This document shows positions 24,310 to 35,000 of a DNA stretch of 59,393 bases, one piece after another. Position numbers and translations under genes: made by a program. Positions within the stretch are counted from its first letter, which is position 1. The number at the start of each line of letters is the position of its first letter. Source of the stretch: a virus; the IMG/VR virus record IMGVR_UViG_3300029492_000005, positions 1-59,393 of that record. One strand, 5' to 3'. A model generated the notes under the pieces. That model had not been told where the DNA came from. It did not search any database and saw only the letters and a list, made by a program, of their open reading frames with translations.

Positions 24310-24660
24310 ACGCAGGAAGTTTTGCAACTTCCCTTAAAGGAATAGCTTGCACGCGAGGTTTTGTCATTTTACTCGCGTGCGTGTCAACAAGCATATTCCT
24401 CCTTTCACCGGTGGAGGTTTTCTCACTCTTTCGCCTTCACCGGGCTTTATATGTTGCGTTTCCAATTGTTTGGGGAATGCCAGTCTGTCTCCCCCACTGC
24501 TGGCAAGCAACGGTTCGATTCCGTTACGCAGCACAACGATTCACTTCTGTTTTCATGGAAATTTTCCTTTTACAACCTCCAATCGTTATTCCCGGCTCTC
24601 GATGAAATGGGTTTTGTGACATTTTACCATTTCAAAGAGCAACGATGAATCAAGCCGGGT
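24310..24660 (+). ncRNA. Candidate ~350-nt highly structured non-coding RNA (unclassified)
   Basis: No credible ORF. Stable hairpins at 24315-24332 (7 bp), 24349-24380 (9 bp), 24408-24443 (10 bp). tRNA-like T-arm aacgg-ttcgatt-ccgtt at 24509-24525. Confidence 0.35.
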
Positions 24661-24666
24661 ACATGA

Positions 24667-24743
24667 CACAGAGTGGAGCAGTTTTGTAGCTCGTCGGGTT
24701 CATAGCCCGAAGGTCGGTGGTTCAAATCCATCTTCTGTGTCCA
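24667..24743 (+). tRNA. tRNA-Met (anticodon CAU), CCA encoded
   Basis: Manual cloverleaf: acceptor cacagag/ttctgtg, D stem gagc/gctc, anticodon arm tcggg-ttCATag-cccga, T arm ggtgg-ttcaaat-ccatc, then t-cca. The D-loop lacks GG. A Met versus Ile2 identity cannot be decided. Confidence 0.8.
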
Positions 24744-24894
24744 TCAGCGATTTGCTCCAGTCGGGGCAATCGTGGCTTTTGACACCCGACAAGTCAGAGC
24801 CTAGCATGACTGGTAGTGCGAACAGTTTCCCAGTAGCTTCTGACAGGTCTGTGCTAAACAGCCTGTTTCCAGAAATTCAACGAAAGGAGTGCTC

Positions 24895-25077
24895 ATGCTA
24901 GTTAGAATCTGTTGCCCTTGTATCAGGCAGAATCCAATCTATAAGAACGTCCGCTGCAACCGCTATCTTGGCGAAGTAGACGGACGATACCATTTCAAGT
25001 GCGACAGATGCAAGGGCATTATCGAAGGAGATACAAGGGAAGGATGGGTGAAAATCATCCATCCACCGGAAAAGTAA
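24895..25077 (+). CDS. Small zinc-finger hypothetical protein
   Basis: SD aaaggagtgctcATG; CCPC...C...CDRC pattern. Confidence 0.5.
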   Translation: MLVRICCPCIRQNPIYKNVRCNRYLGEVDGRYHFKCDRCKGIIEGDTREGWVKIIHPPEK

Positions 25078-25168
25078 ATAGCTTTTGAAGCGCAGTTTTG
25101 GCGCAGTGAGATAGACCTTAACAGGTTTGTCTTGCTGCGCTTTTTATTTTGCCGGAAAGGAGGAACAC

Positions 25169-26671
25169 ATGGCTGAGTATCAGATGGTTGTTGACGGATT
25201 CTTGAATAAGCCGCTGACCGGACGTAGACCGATTGAAACGCCGGAGACGGAAATCAATCGGGAGAACGTGCTGAAAGTGGTCATGGGCAAGGCGGAGCCT
25301 ATTCATCTGCTAAATAAGAACGAGATTCGCTTTCTGCACAACTACTACTTGGGTAGCCAGCCTGTTCTCCACCGTACGAAGGAATACCACGCTGAAATCA
25401 CCAACCGCATTGTAGAGAACCACGCCAATGAATGCGTGGGCTTTTACACAGGTTACATGAGCGGCACGCCTTGCTCTTATGTGCGGTCTGAAACGGCAAC
25501 AGGTGACGGTGAGGAAATCGCCCGGCTGTCTAACGCCTTGCAGTATGAGGGCAAGGACGCGCTTGATCGGCGGCTCTGGCAGTGGATGTTGGAGTGTGGA
25601 CAGGGATACCGCATCGTTCTTCCTGACAAGGGGTATGGCGGCAACTACCCGGACGAAACACCCCTGCTGGTGGACGTTCCAGACCCTGACATGGCGTATG
25701 TGATTTACAACTCCGGCATCGGTCACAAGCCGATTGCCAACGTGCTGCATATCCCGCGCAATTATCAGAATGACCTGAACGACCTGATTTGCGTGTACAC
25801 GCCAAACCAGTACTTTGAAATCGACAACGGCAAGATCACAAAATCTGAAAGCCATTCTCTGGGGATGCTTCCGATGGTCGAATACAAGCTCAACCCGGAG
25901 CGCATGGGTCTGTTTGAACCGGCTATCCCTGTGCTGGATGCCATCAACGACCTTGAAAGCAACCGTCTGGACGGCGTGGCACAGTTCATTCAGTCCATCA
26001 TGGTGTTTACCAACTGCCTTGTGGACGAAGAAGCCTTAAAAGCTGTTAAGGCTATGGGCGCAATGTGCCTGAAGTCATCTTCCGGTCAGCCAGCTTCGGT
26101 CGCACAGCTTGCAAACGAGCTTGACCAGCAGCAGAGCCAGACCTTGCTTGATTCCATGTTGAACGTGTACCGCAGCCTGACTGCTATGCCTAGTGCCACT
26201 GGCAGTGAAAACGCAACGTCTGACAACGTGGGCGCAGTTATCGTTCGTAACGGTTGGAATCACACCGAAGCAAGGGCGCAGCAGTATGAGAATATGTTCA
26301 AGTTCTCGGAACGCCAAAGCTTGTCTGTAATGCTGAAAATCCTGCGTGATACGGCTGGCTCTAAGCTGATGGCAAGTGACATCAACATCAAACTGCCCCG
26401 CCGTCAGTACGATAACCAGCAGAGCAAGGTTCAGATTTTCGCGCAGATGCTTGGTCAGAGCATTGACCCGCAGTTGGCGTTCACAACGCCCGGTCTGTTC
26501 CCCGACCCGCAGGCTGCTTATGAAATGAGCAAGCCCTTCCTGATTTCCGCTGGCAAGCTGGGCGAGGATGGGAAAGCACCGAAACCGCAGGAACAGTCCA
26601 CAGACCATATTGTTGACACCAACAAAATGGTCGGCAATCAGGCTGATGGAAAGGAAAACAACAATGTATAA
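25169..26671 (+). CDS. Portal protein (SPP1 gp6-like)
   Basis: SD gaaaggaggaacacATG; 500 aa. Position and sequence style (NEIRFLHNYYLGSQP...ENHANECVGF...) fit SPP1-type portals. Confidence 0.75.
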   Translation: MAEYQMVVDGFLNKPLTGRRPIETPETEINRENVLKVVMGKAEPIHLLNKNEIRFLHNYYLGSQPVLHRTKEYHAEITNRIVENHANECVGFYTGYMSGTPCSYVRSETATGDGEEIARLSNALQYEGKDALDRRLWQWMLECGQGYRIVLPDKGYGGNYPDETPLLVDVPDPDMAYVIYNSGIGHKPIANVLHIPRNYQNDLNDLICVYTPNQYFEIDNGKITKSESHSLGMLPMVEYKLNPERMGLFEPAIPVLDAINDLESNRLDGVAQFIQSIMVFTNCLVDEEALKAVKAMGAMCLKSSSGQPASVAQLANELDQQQSQTLLDSMLNVYRSLTAMPSATGSENATSDNVGAVIVRNGWNHTEARAQQYENMFKFSERQSLSVMLKILRDTAGSKLMASDINIKLPRRQYDNQQSKVQIFAQMLGQSIDPQLAFTTPGLFPDPQAAYEMSKPFLISAGKLGEDGKAPKPQEQSTDHIVDTNKMVGNQADGKENNNV

Positions 26672-26924
26672 GGGTAGAGCACTTTCAAGAGCAGAGATGG
26701 CTTTATTTCAGCATATTTACGATTCACTTTCATATGCAGAGAAACTGATTTTGCAAATTGAGCCGAATCGAGAAAGAAGCATTGCGCTTACTCACCTTGA
26801 AGAAGCCGCTCTTTATGCAAATGTAGCGATTGCTAAAACAGAGCCAAAAGAGCCTTCTAAAGAACAGCTTGAACTTTTCGAAAGGATTTTAAGCAAAATT
26901 GACAATGAAACAGAGGGCGAATAA
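26664..26924 (+). CDS. Hypothetical protein
   Basis: ATG overlaps the portal stop. 86 aa, containing SIALTHLEEAALYANVAIAK. Confidence 0.5.
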   Translation: MYKGRALSRAEMALFQHIYDSLSYAEKLILQIEPNRERSIALTHLEEAALYANVAIAKTEPKEPSKEQLELFERILSKIDNETEGE

Positions 26925-27016
26925 CCCTTTGCATATTCCGGCAGGGAAGCCGGGATACAAATTTCGCAGCGTTGCAGGGAAGCAACGGTAAAAAAACGCA
27001 GGAGGAAATTAACAAT

Positions 27017-27601
27017 ATGAACTACAAAGCGTTACTTGGTGATGCCTACAAAGAGGGCATGACCGCCGATGAAATCATTTCTGCGCTTGAAAAGGTTGCA
27101 GACCCTAGCGCAGAGATTGAGAAGCTGCGCAACTCCGTGACGAAAGCCAACGGCGAAGCCGCCGAGTACAAGAAGCAGCTCAAGGCAAAGCGCACCGATG
27201 ACGAAAATGCCGCGCAGGAACAGGCTGACAAGCTGGCAGAGATGCAGAAGCAGATTGAAACCCTGACTGCCGATAAGGAGAACCTCGTCAAGGAAAAGAC
27301 CCTTGCATCTTACCGTGAGAAGTTCGTTGCACAGGGTTATGACGCTGAACTGGCTGGCAAGGCTGCATCTGCACTGGCTGACGGCGACATGGACAAGGTG
27401 TTTAAGTTCCAGTCGGAGTTTATGACTGCCCATGACACCGCATACAAGGCTTCTCTGCTGAAGGATATGCCCACGCCCCCTGGTGCGGATGGCAATGGTA
27501 ACAGCGCAGATAGCGCAGGTGTTGCCTTTGCTAAACGCTTCGCACAGGAGCGTGCAGACGCAAACAAGGCATCGAGTGACGCAATGACTGCTTTCCATTA
27601 A
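27017..27601 (+). CDS. Capsid scaffolding protein
   Basis: SD ggaggaaattaacaatATG. Coiled-coil, A/E/K-rich 194-aa protein between the portal and capsid genes. Confidence 0.6.
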   Translation: MNYKALLGDAYKEGMTADEIISALEKVADPSAEIEKLRNSVTKANGEAAEYKKQLKAKRTDDENAAQEQADKLAEMQKQIETLTADKENLVKEKTLASYREKFVAQGYDAELAGKAASALADGDMDKVFKFQSEFMTAHDTAYKASLLKDMPTPPGADGNGNSADSAGVAFAKRFAQERADANKASSDAMTAFH

Positions 27602-27611
27602 GGAGGAAAAC

Positions 27612-27986
27612 ATGAAGTACACCAATACTCCGGTATCGGCTCCTGAAAGCACTATTCTGGCTGCTGATACCTACGTTGCCATTCCCTTTACTGTCAAGGA
27701 AACCAATGCCGTTCCGGCTGGTTATCCCATGGCAAAGACTGGTCTGAAAGCTGCTGCCACTACTGGCACTAGCGCTGCTGACGCAGCTACCGATGCCATT
27801 GGCATTCTGCTGCACACCGTTGACCCTGCCGTCAACCCCAATGGCGCACTGCTAATTCAGGGCGTTATTGATGTGGACAAGGCAAAGCTGTCCGGCTTTA
27901 CCTATTCTGCAAACGATATTGCCGCTCTGAAAAAGGCTGTTCCCGCCGTTTTCTGCCGTACTGATGTTGGCGCAAAGAGCGAGTAA
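27612..27986 (+). CDS. Head decoration protein (lambda gpD-like)
   Basis: 124 aa directly upstream of the gpE-like capsid gene. DAIGILLHTV...GALLIQGVIDVDKAKL parallels the gpD architecture. Confidence 0.5.
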   Translation: MKYTNTPVSAPESTILAADTYVAIPFTVKETNAVPAGYPMAKTGLKAAATTGTSAADAATDAIGILLHTVDPAVNPNGALLIQGVIDVDKAKLSGFTYSANDIAALKKAVPAVFCRTDVGAKSE

Positions 27987-27999
27987 GGAGGACTAAATT

Positions 28000-29076
28000 A
28001 TGGCACTGAATCTGAACGAAATTTTCTCCCCTGCTGCGATTGCCGCCTATTGGACGAACGACCCGACCAATGCGCAGCCCTATGCTTCCGATGCTCTGTT
28101 CCCTGCTCGGAAGAAGGTCAGCATGGAACTGAAGTGGCTGCGTGGCCACAAGGGCGTTGGCGTTTCGCTGAAGCCTAGCGTTTTCGATACCAAGGCTACG
28201 TTCCGTACTCGTCAGGGCATCAAAATGACCGAGACCAATATGCCGTTCTTCCGTGAGGGCACTCACATTGACGAGGAAGACCGCCGCAAGATTATCTCTG
28301 TTCTGGCTACTAATCAGGAGTTTGCGGCAGACGTTATCAATCGTGTCTACGATGATACCGCACAGCTTATTACCGGTGCTCGCATTGTGCCTGAGCGAAT
28401 GGTGTGGCAGCTTCTGGCTCCTAAGACTGGCAAGCCCGGCATCTCTATTGAGTCCAACGGCGTGAGTTACGTCTACGATTATGACCCGGACGGCACTTGG
28501 CAGCAGTCCAATTACAAGGCTTTGACCACTAAGGAGAAGTGGGACGCTCCTACCACTGCAACCCCCATCGCCACGATGACCACTGCCGCAAACACCGTGC
28601 TGGCAAACACTGGTGAGATTATCACCGATGCCTACATGAACACCAACACTTTCCACAAGATGATTGCTGCGGATGAAATCAAGAACCGGTTCCTGACGGT
28701 TATGAAAACCGCCACCGCCGTTCTTGTCGATTCCGAGGCACGTTCTGTTGTCGAAAGCGCATCTGGCATCCGCATTCATCTGTACGACAAGATGTACAAG
28801 CCGGAGGAAACCGCAGCTGCTGAGAAGTATCTGCCTGATGGCTATGTCGTGCTGGCTCCTTCTGGCTCTCTGGGCAATATGTACTATGTTGCCACCCCTG
28901 AGGAAGCCGACCTGATGGCTGGCATCTCCAACGCACAGGTTTCCGTTGTGAATACTGGCGTTGCTGTTACCACTGAGCAGACTGTGCATCCTGTCAACAC
29001 CAACATCTACGTTTCTGAAATCGTCCTGCCGTCCTTTGAGCGCATGGACGCTGTGTACTGCATCAAGGCTTACTAA
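28000..29076 (+). CDS. Major capsid protein (lambda gpE family)
   Basis: 358 aa with SD aaggaggactaaattATG. Sequence style and position fit Phage_cap_E-type capsid proteins. Confidence 0.75.
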   Translation: MALNLNEIFSPAAIAAYWTNDPTNAQPYASDALFPARKKVSMELKWLRGHKGVGVSLKPSVFDTKATFRTRQGIKMTETNMPFFREGTHIDEEDRRKIISVLATNQEFAADVINRVYDDTAQLITGARIVPERMVWQLLAPKTGKPGISIESNGVSYVYDYDPDGTWQQSNYKALTTKEKWDAPTTATPIATMTTAANTVLANTGEIITDAYMNTNTFHKMIAADEIKNRFLTVMKTATAVLVDSEARSVVESASGIRIHLYDKMYKPEETAAAEKYLPDGYVVLAPSGSLGNMYYVATPEEADLMAGISNAQVSVVNTGVAVTTEQTVHPVNTNIYVSEIVLPSFERMDAVYCIKAY

Positions 29077-29096
29077 GGCGAAAGGAGGAAAGCAGC

Positions 29097-29441
29097 ATGG
29101 GAGACCAGTATTCCGAAGCAGCAGTCAAGCTGGGGCAGTACATTGCCCCAGCACTTGACCGTGAAATCACGGACGAGGACTACCCACTCTTCGACCTGCT
29201 GCTTGATTTCGCCAAAGACAAGATATTTGCACAGGGCTACCCCTTCGGCAACAAACCGGACGAGTTACCCTTGCAGTATCAGTCGTTGCAGATACGCATT
29301 GCAGCGGAACTGTACAACCACATCGGCGCAAACGGACAGACGAGTTATACCAATAACGGTATCACTCGTGTGTGGGAAAGCTCCGATGTGGCGCAATCCC
29401 TGCTGAACGAAGTAGTTCCGAGAGTAGGTGTTATCGGCTGA
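29097..29441 (+). CDS. Head-tail connector (gp6-like) protein
   Basis: 114 aa after the capsid gene. LQIRIAAELYNHIGANGQTSYTNNGITRVWE resembles Phage_connect_1-type proteins. Confidence 0.5.
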   Translation: MGDQYSEAAVKLGQYIAPALDREITDEDYPLFDLLLDFAKDKIFAQGYPFGNKPDELPLQYQSLQIRIAAELYNHIGANGQTSYTNNGITRVWESSDVAQSLLNEVVPRVGVIG

Positions 29442-29818
29442 TGTTTAATGGTAGTCCGCTGGATAAACGCCCGCTGTGGTATTCAAACCCAGTTGGCGAG
29501 AAAACGCCTGTTGTGGACGAGTGGGGAAACGAGACTGGCGAATCCGCATACGAATCGTGGAGCGACCCCGCAAAGCTGATGTTGAACGTCAGCCCGCCTA
29601 CTGGTTCTGCGGAAGCAAGCCCTTTTGGGGCGTTCACGGATTACAGCTACGTTGTCAGTTCGTCCAGCAAAAAGCGCAACACACCGCTTTATGAAGGTAC
29701 ACACGTCTGGTTTCAGACAGACGTTTCAAAGCCTTTCAATTACACTGTGGTCAAGGTCGCAGAGCATATCACGGACACGTTGTATGCGCTGAAGGAGGTG
29801 GCCGCAAGTGAAAATTAA
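29441..29818 (+). CDS. Head closure / head-tail adaptor candidate
   Basis: TGATG overlap with the upstream gene; 125 aa; assigned by position. Confidence 0.4.
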   Translation: MFNGSPLDKRPLWYSNPVGEKTPVVDEWGNETGESAYESWSDPAKLMLNVSPPTGSAEASPFGAFTDYSYVVSSSSKKRNTPLYEGTHVWFQTDVSKPFNYTVVKVAEHITDTLYALKEVAASEN

Positions 29819-30329
29819 AGTGAGGTTGAGCGATGCCGGACTTCGTGATGCGGAACGTCAGATACAGGAGTACAAGACCACCCTGAACAAAAAAGCGCAG
29901 GAGTTTGCAAAGTCGTTGGCTGACAAAGGGCTTGATGTAGCGAAAGTTCGCTTTGCAAATGCAGAATATGCCGGTAGCAACGATGTCTCTTGTCGTGTTG
30001 AGCAGAACGGAAACATTTGCACCATCATTGCAGAGGGCAAGTCAGTCGCCTTTATCGAGTTTGGTACCGGTGCACATCACAACGGATATGGCGGCGAACT
30101 GCCGCCCGGTGTTGGTGCGCATGGCTCCTATGGTCAAGGCAAAGGTGCTGGCAGACGTTGGTACTACTACGGTGACCCCGGTAATGCCGGAACCTATGTG
30201 GATACCGTTCCCGGCAAGGGACAGTTGAATTACACCAGCGGTAACGAACCAGCTATGGCTATGTGGGGAGCTGTTGAAGAAATGGCTTCTCAGGTAGAAG
30301 CAACGTGGAGGGAGGTTTGGAATAGTTGA
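29808..30329 (+). CDS. HK97 gp10-like neck/tail component (GTG start)
   Basis: FIEFGTGAHHN motif, and position between the connector and tail genes. Confidence 0.55.
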   Translation: MKIKVRLSDAGLRDAERQIQEYKTTLNKKAQEFAKSLADKGLDVAKVRFANAEYAGSNDVSCRVEQNGNICTIIAEGKSVAFIEFGTGAHHNGYGGELPPGVGAHGSYGQGKGAGRRWYYYGDPGNAGTYVDTVPGKGQLNYTSGNEPAMAMWGAVEEMASQVEATWREVWNS

Positions 30330-30727
30330 TTGATTATTTCAATTCTATCTTTACAGCTGTTGCCAAGGAACTGCGAAAGCAAGTTCCCGGAATCTTCGTC
30401 ACCGGTGAAATCAATGACAGCAACGTCAAGAAATTTCCGTGTGTGCAGATAGAGGAAAACAGCAATCTCCCGGTTCATCGTGATTCTGCCAGCCGAAGCA
30501 AGTACGCCGCCGTTTCCCTGCGTGTGCGTGTCTATTCCAACAAAACCAGCGGACGCATTGCAGAAGCCCGCTCTATTGTGGACATCGTGGATTCTGTATT
30601 GGAACCGCTCAATTTCTATCGAAAATCGTTTGCCCCGTTGAATGGGCTGTACAACAATTCCGTCTATCGGATTGATTGCAGCTATGGGGCAACAATCGGA
30701 GAGGACGGAATGATTTACCGAAACTAA
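30326..30727 (+). CDS. Tail completion/terminator-like protein (TTG start)
   Basis: 133 aa; overlaps the upstream stop; lies directly before the major tail gene. Confidence 0.4.
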   Translation: MIDYFNSIFTAVAKELRKQVPGIFVTGEINDSNVKKFPCVQIEENSNLPVHRDSASRSKYAAVSLRVRVYSNKTSGRIAEARSIVDIVDSVLEPLNFYRKSFAPLNGLYNNSVYRIDCSYGATIGEDGMIYRN

Positions 30728-30742
30728 GGAGGTAAACATTCT

Positions 30743-31180
30743 ATGAGTACTGCTATCTCCGGTCTGAATACCACCCTGTATTGTGGTGCTACCGAGTCTG
30801 CATTGACGAAATTGTGTGACATCAAGGATGTCCCGGATATGATTTCCGATCCGAACCTTCTGGATGCCACCACCCTGTCTGATCCGATGCAGAAGCAGAT
30901 TTTTGGTATTAACCAGTCCGATATTAAGGCGTTTACCGCAAACTACAACAAGGAAGATTACGAATCGGTTCAGAAAGCTGGCTACGATGAATCTGCCGAA
31001 GAGAACCCCGACAAGTACTATGCAATTAAGATGCAGGACGGCTCCGGCTTCACTTGGCAGGGTATGCATCAGGTTGGCCTGTCCGGCTTTGGCGTGGATG
31101 AGGTTGTGGAAATGACCATCAACTGCATTTTCCACACCAAGCCGAAGTTCGTTAAGGCGCTGACCATCAACGGCGGCTAA
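30743..31180 (+). CDS. Major tail protein
   Basis: 145 aa with SD taaggaggtaaacattctATG. Precedes the chaperone/tape-measure genes. Confidence 0.65.
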   Translation: MSTAISGLNTTLYCGATESALTKLCDIKDVPDMISDPNLLDATTLSDPMQKQIFGINQSDIKAFTANYNKEDYESVQKAGYDESAEENPDKYYAIKMQDGSGFTWQGMHQVGLSGFGVDEVVEMTINCIFHTKPKFVKALTINGG

Positions 31181-31264
31181 ACCGCAAAAATCGAATCAAT
31201 CAAACCGGGCAGAACTGAACAACGGATTTGGTTCTGCTCCTATTTATAAAGGAGAGCATTTATT

Positions 31265-31612
31265 ATGGCTGCAAAGGTTATCAACTTTCATTCCCCTGAT
31301 GGCAAGAACACTTATGAGCTGACTTTCACCCGTGACAGCGTGGAAGCTACCGAACGTGCTGGCTTTCAGATTGGCCAGTACACCCAGATGACCAATCTGC
31401 TGTCCAATTCCCGCGCCCTGTTCTACGGTGCGTTCATTGCCCGGAATCGTGGCATCAAGCGTAAAGTCGTGGACGAAATGTTTGCCCACATCGACGAGAA
31501 GGAAGAGCTGATGGCTGCGCTGCTTGAGATGTTCATGGACGCTTCTAAGTCTCTGCTGGCAACTGACACTGAGGACAAGACCGCAAAAAACGCAACGTGG
31601 GAGATTGTGTAA
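31265..31612 (+). CDS. Tail assembly chaperone (gpG-like)
   Basis: 115 aa directly upstream of the tape measure. Contains the slippery site near its 3' end. Confidence 0.7.
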   Translation: MAAKVINFHSPDGKNTYELTFTRDSVEATERAGFQIGQYTQMTNLLSNSRALFYGAFIARNRGIKRKVVDEMFAHIDEKEELMAALLEMFMDASKSLLATDTEDKTAKNATWEIV

Positions 31613-32019
31613 CCGCACAATCTCAGGAAACAGACGGAGAGGGAGAGCCATTCTCCTTCTCCAAGCTGTTCCACGATGTAGAAGCCTATTACATCTCCAT
31701 CGGTATGACCTACGAACAGTTTTGGCACGGCGATGTCTGGCTGGCGAAGGTCTACCGTGACGCAGAGGAGCTGCGGGAACGCAGGGCCAACGCAGAAGCG
31801 TGGAGAAATGGCTTTTACATGGCATCTGCGCTTTCCTCTACGGTTGGCAATATGTTCCGAAAGAAAGGGTCTAAACCTATCAAGTACATGGACAGACCGA
31901 TTCCCCTTTCTCAAAAGGAGAAAGACGAGTATGAATACCAACGTGCTGCGGAAGCACAGGAGCGAATCAAACGTATGATGTTCTCCATGATGGAAAAGGA
32001 TGGTGGTAGTGATGGCTGA
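31265..32019 (+). CDS. Tail assembly chaperone frameshift product (gpGT-like), -1 shift at 31585-31591
   Basis: After the A_AAA_AAC slip, the -1 frame (the frame of the 31597-32019 track ORF) stays open to TGA at 32017-32019, overlapping the tape-measure start. Confidence 0.65.
31585..31591 (+). promoter_or_regulatory. Programmed -1 ribosomal frameshift slippery heptamer A_AAA_AAC
   Basis: The zero-frame codons gcA AAA AAC fit X_XXY_YYZ. Canonical position in the chaperone gene. Confidence 0.7.
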
Positions 32020-35000
32020 TGTTGATATTACAAGCTTATCCGTAGAAATCTCTGCGGAATCGCAGGGCGCAGAGCTTAACATCAATAAATTGGCTAACGC
32101 TATCGCCAATCTTCGTTCTAAGGGCAATGTTTCTGCCGTCTGCGATAGCCTTGATAAACTAGCTGGTTCTATCGCTGGGCTGAAGTCTGCATCCAAAGGC
32201 ATTGGTTCTATTTTTAAGAACATCGAAAAGATGTCAAACATTGATGTTTCTGGCATTGATTTTACTGGTTTAAGCGCAAAGCTGGAATCGTTGAAAAGCG
32301 AATTACAGCCCTTGCAGAACCTTGATGCTTCTGGATTGAAAGCGGTTGGCAGTGCAATGAACGCCATTGTTAAAATCCCATCTATCAATGATAAGTTGGA
32401 TGCAGACACGCTCAATAAGTTCAAGACTGCTTGTGATAGCATCTCCACCTCGCTCACTCCCCTTGCATCTCAGCTTGACAAAGTGGGCAATGCCTTTGCA
32501 AAGCTCCCTCCGCAGTTGAGTAAGGTGGTTACACAGGCTAACCGCGTGACCGCAGCCAACGAAAAGCAGCGCAAGAGCTATCTCAGCCTGTCCAATCAGA
32601 TGAACGGCTTTATGCGGAACATGGCAAAGCTGGTTTCGTTGAAAGCTATCGCTGAGTATCTTGGCAACGCTGTTGCAAAGTTCAACGACTTCTATGAAGC
32701 AACAGACCTGTTTCATAATGCTATGGGCAATTTGAGCGGTGAAGCCGATACGCTTATTAGCAAGATGCAGGGCTTGCTTGGTGTTGACCCGACCAAAGCG
32801 ATGACCTACATGGCTACCATCCAGAGCTTGGGTACTTCGTTTGGTCTGGCCAGCGACAAGGCATACGTTCTGTCCAAGAACCTGACTCAGCTTGCCTATG
32901 ACGAAGGTTCCTATTGGAACAAGGACGTTGCGCAGACCTTTACTGCAATGTCCTCCGCAATCTCTGGCGAGATTGAGCCTATTCGCCGTCTGGGCGTCGA
33001 CCTGTCTCAGGCACGGTTACAGCAGGAGCTTCTAGCTTTAGGCTTTAACAAACAGGTTTCTAGTCTGTCTCAGGCAGATAAGGCAGTTCTGCGTTACATT
33101 GCCATTATGAAGCAGACTGCCAACGTGCAGGGCAACCTTGCACAGACCATCCAGAGTCCTGCGAACCAGATCAAGATTCTGAAAGCACAGCTTGATATGT
33201 TGGCAAAATCTGTCGGCTCTCTGCTCTACCCCGCCCTGAAATCCATTCTTCCCCCGCTGATTGCTGCTGTTCAGCTCATTCGAGAGTTTGTAGAGTGGGT
33301 AGCAAAGCTGATGGGCGTGAAGGTTGTGTTCACCGATTTCACTAAGAGCGCTGACAGCGTTGGCGGCATCGGTGACGCAATGGATAACACAACCGATTCA
33401 ACAAAGAAAGCCGCCAAAGCCCTCAAGGACTACACGATGGGCTTTGATGAACTGAACATCATCGACCCAACGCAGGGAAGCTCTGGCTTTGGCAGCGGTG
33501 CATCTGCTGGTAACATTTTGGGCGATGTAGACCTGTCCGGCTACGATATGTTCAAGAACTATGTTGGTACATCTATTGATGAGATGAAGCAGAAAATCAA
33601 AAGTATGCTTCCTCTTATAGCGACTGTAGCAACCGCCCTTGCTGCGTGGAAACTCACAAATCTTATTACGGATATTGTGGACGCTATCTCCAAAATAAAC
33701 GCACTGAAATCCATTGTTTTGGGTCTTGGCGTTTTTACGGTGGGCGTTGTTCTTGAGATTACAGGCATTAAAGACGCGATCGAAAATGGCGTAAATGGAA
33801 AGAATTTCGCTGAAATTGTTCTTGGCGCTTTGATTGGGACTACAGGCGCAGCCATTCTTGGCAAAGGTATTGCACAGTTTATTGTAACCGGTTTTGGCAG
33901 TTCTGCTGTCGGACAAGCGATTAAAGCTGCTGGTGGCTCTACCGCTGGCGCAATTATCGGCGCAGCCGTTGGTGGAATTGTAACTGGCATTCCCATGTTC
34001 GTGACTGGCGTTTATGACGCTGTCAAGAATGGCTTAAACACGTTAAACGGAATTTTGATTCCGCTTGGCTCGACAATGACTGGCGCAGGCATTGGTGCAA
34101 TCATCGGCTCTCTTGGCGGCCCAATCGGTACGGGTATCGGCGCTTTGATCGGCCTGATTGTTGGTGCAATGACCGACGTTGGAATTGCCATCTATCAAAA
34201 TTGGGATAAAATCACTTCTCAACTTGATAAAGTGAGTGCCGAATTTAAGCAATGGTTCGTTGGCGTCGGCGAATGGTGGAATGAAAAGTGGGAAAATTTC
34301 AAGACCAATTTTCAGACCGCGTGGGAAAGCCTTCCCGGGTTTGTGCAGCATCCCATTCAAGCACTCGACCAAGCCAGCGCAGGGCTGAAGCAGTGGTTTG
34401 TAGGTGTTGGCGAGTGGTGGAACCAGAAGTGGGCCGGATTCAAAGAAAACTGGGACAAGGCTTGGAACAGTTTGGTTGATACAATCAAAAATCTCCCTGC
34501 AAAATTTTTGGACTATGGCAAAAACATCGTTCAGGGCTTGATCGATGGTATCAACAAAGGCATTGAGAATGCAAAGAAAAGTGTTGGTGGACTTGCCAAA
34601 GCTATCATTGACAAGTTCACGACCGATACTGAAATTCACTCTCCCTCCGCTCTATTTGAACGCTTTGGTGAATTTATCGATCAAGGTTTTGCAAACGGTA
34701 TCACTGCAGCACTTCCTTACGTCGAACAAGCTATGACCAATCTGGCAAACGTTGTTCAGCAGAAGGGCAACGAAATGATTGACTATGGCACGACCACCGC
34801 AACGAATTTTGTTAATGGTTTCTTCAACGGTCTGGACAGCAAGTGGCAGGAACTTGACTCCGGCTTGCAGAGCGACTTCTTCGGTACGGCGCAAACTTTC
34901 ATTCAGGCCGCGCAGAGTGGCGACTGGAAAACGGTCGGCACTACTATTGCTGCTTCCATCTGGGGCGCTATGGGCGATGAGCAGCGTAAACGCGTCAAGT

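Noticed and set aside
24453-24533. Second tRNA upstream of tRNA-Met
   Set aside because: The acceptor-like pairing and a perfect T-arm are present. However, the D-loop would be 4 nt and no 5-bp anticodon stem with a 7-nt loop can be drawn. It is treated as a tRNA-like module or pseudo-tRNA within the structured region.
27898-28989. 363-aa minus-strand ORF antisense to the major capsid gene. Similar long antisense ORFs lie at 30290-31135, 31423-32457, 37103-38416, 40530-41742 and 23381-24151
   Set aside because: All lie opposite well-supported late structural genes in a unidirectional operon. Their products are R/G/V/A/C-rich and lack ribosome-binding sites.
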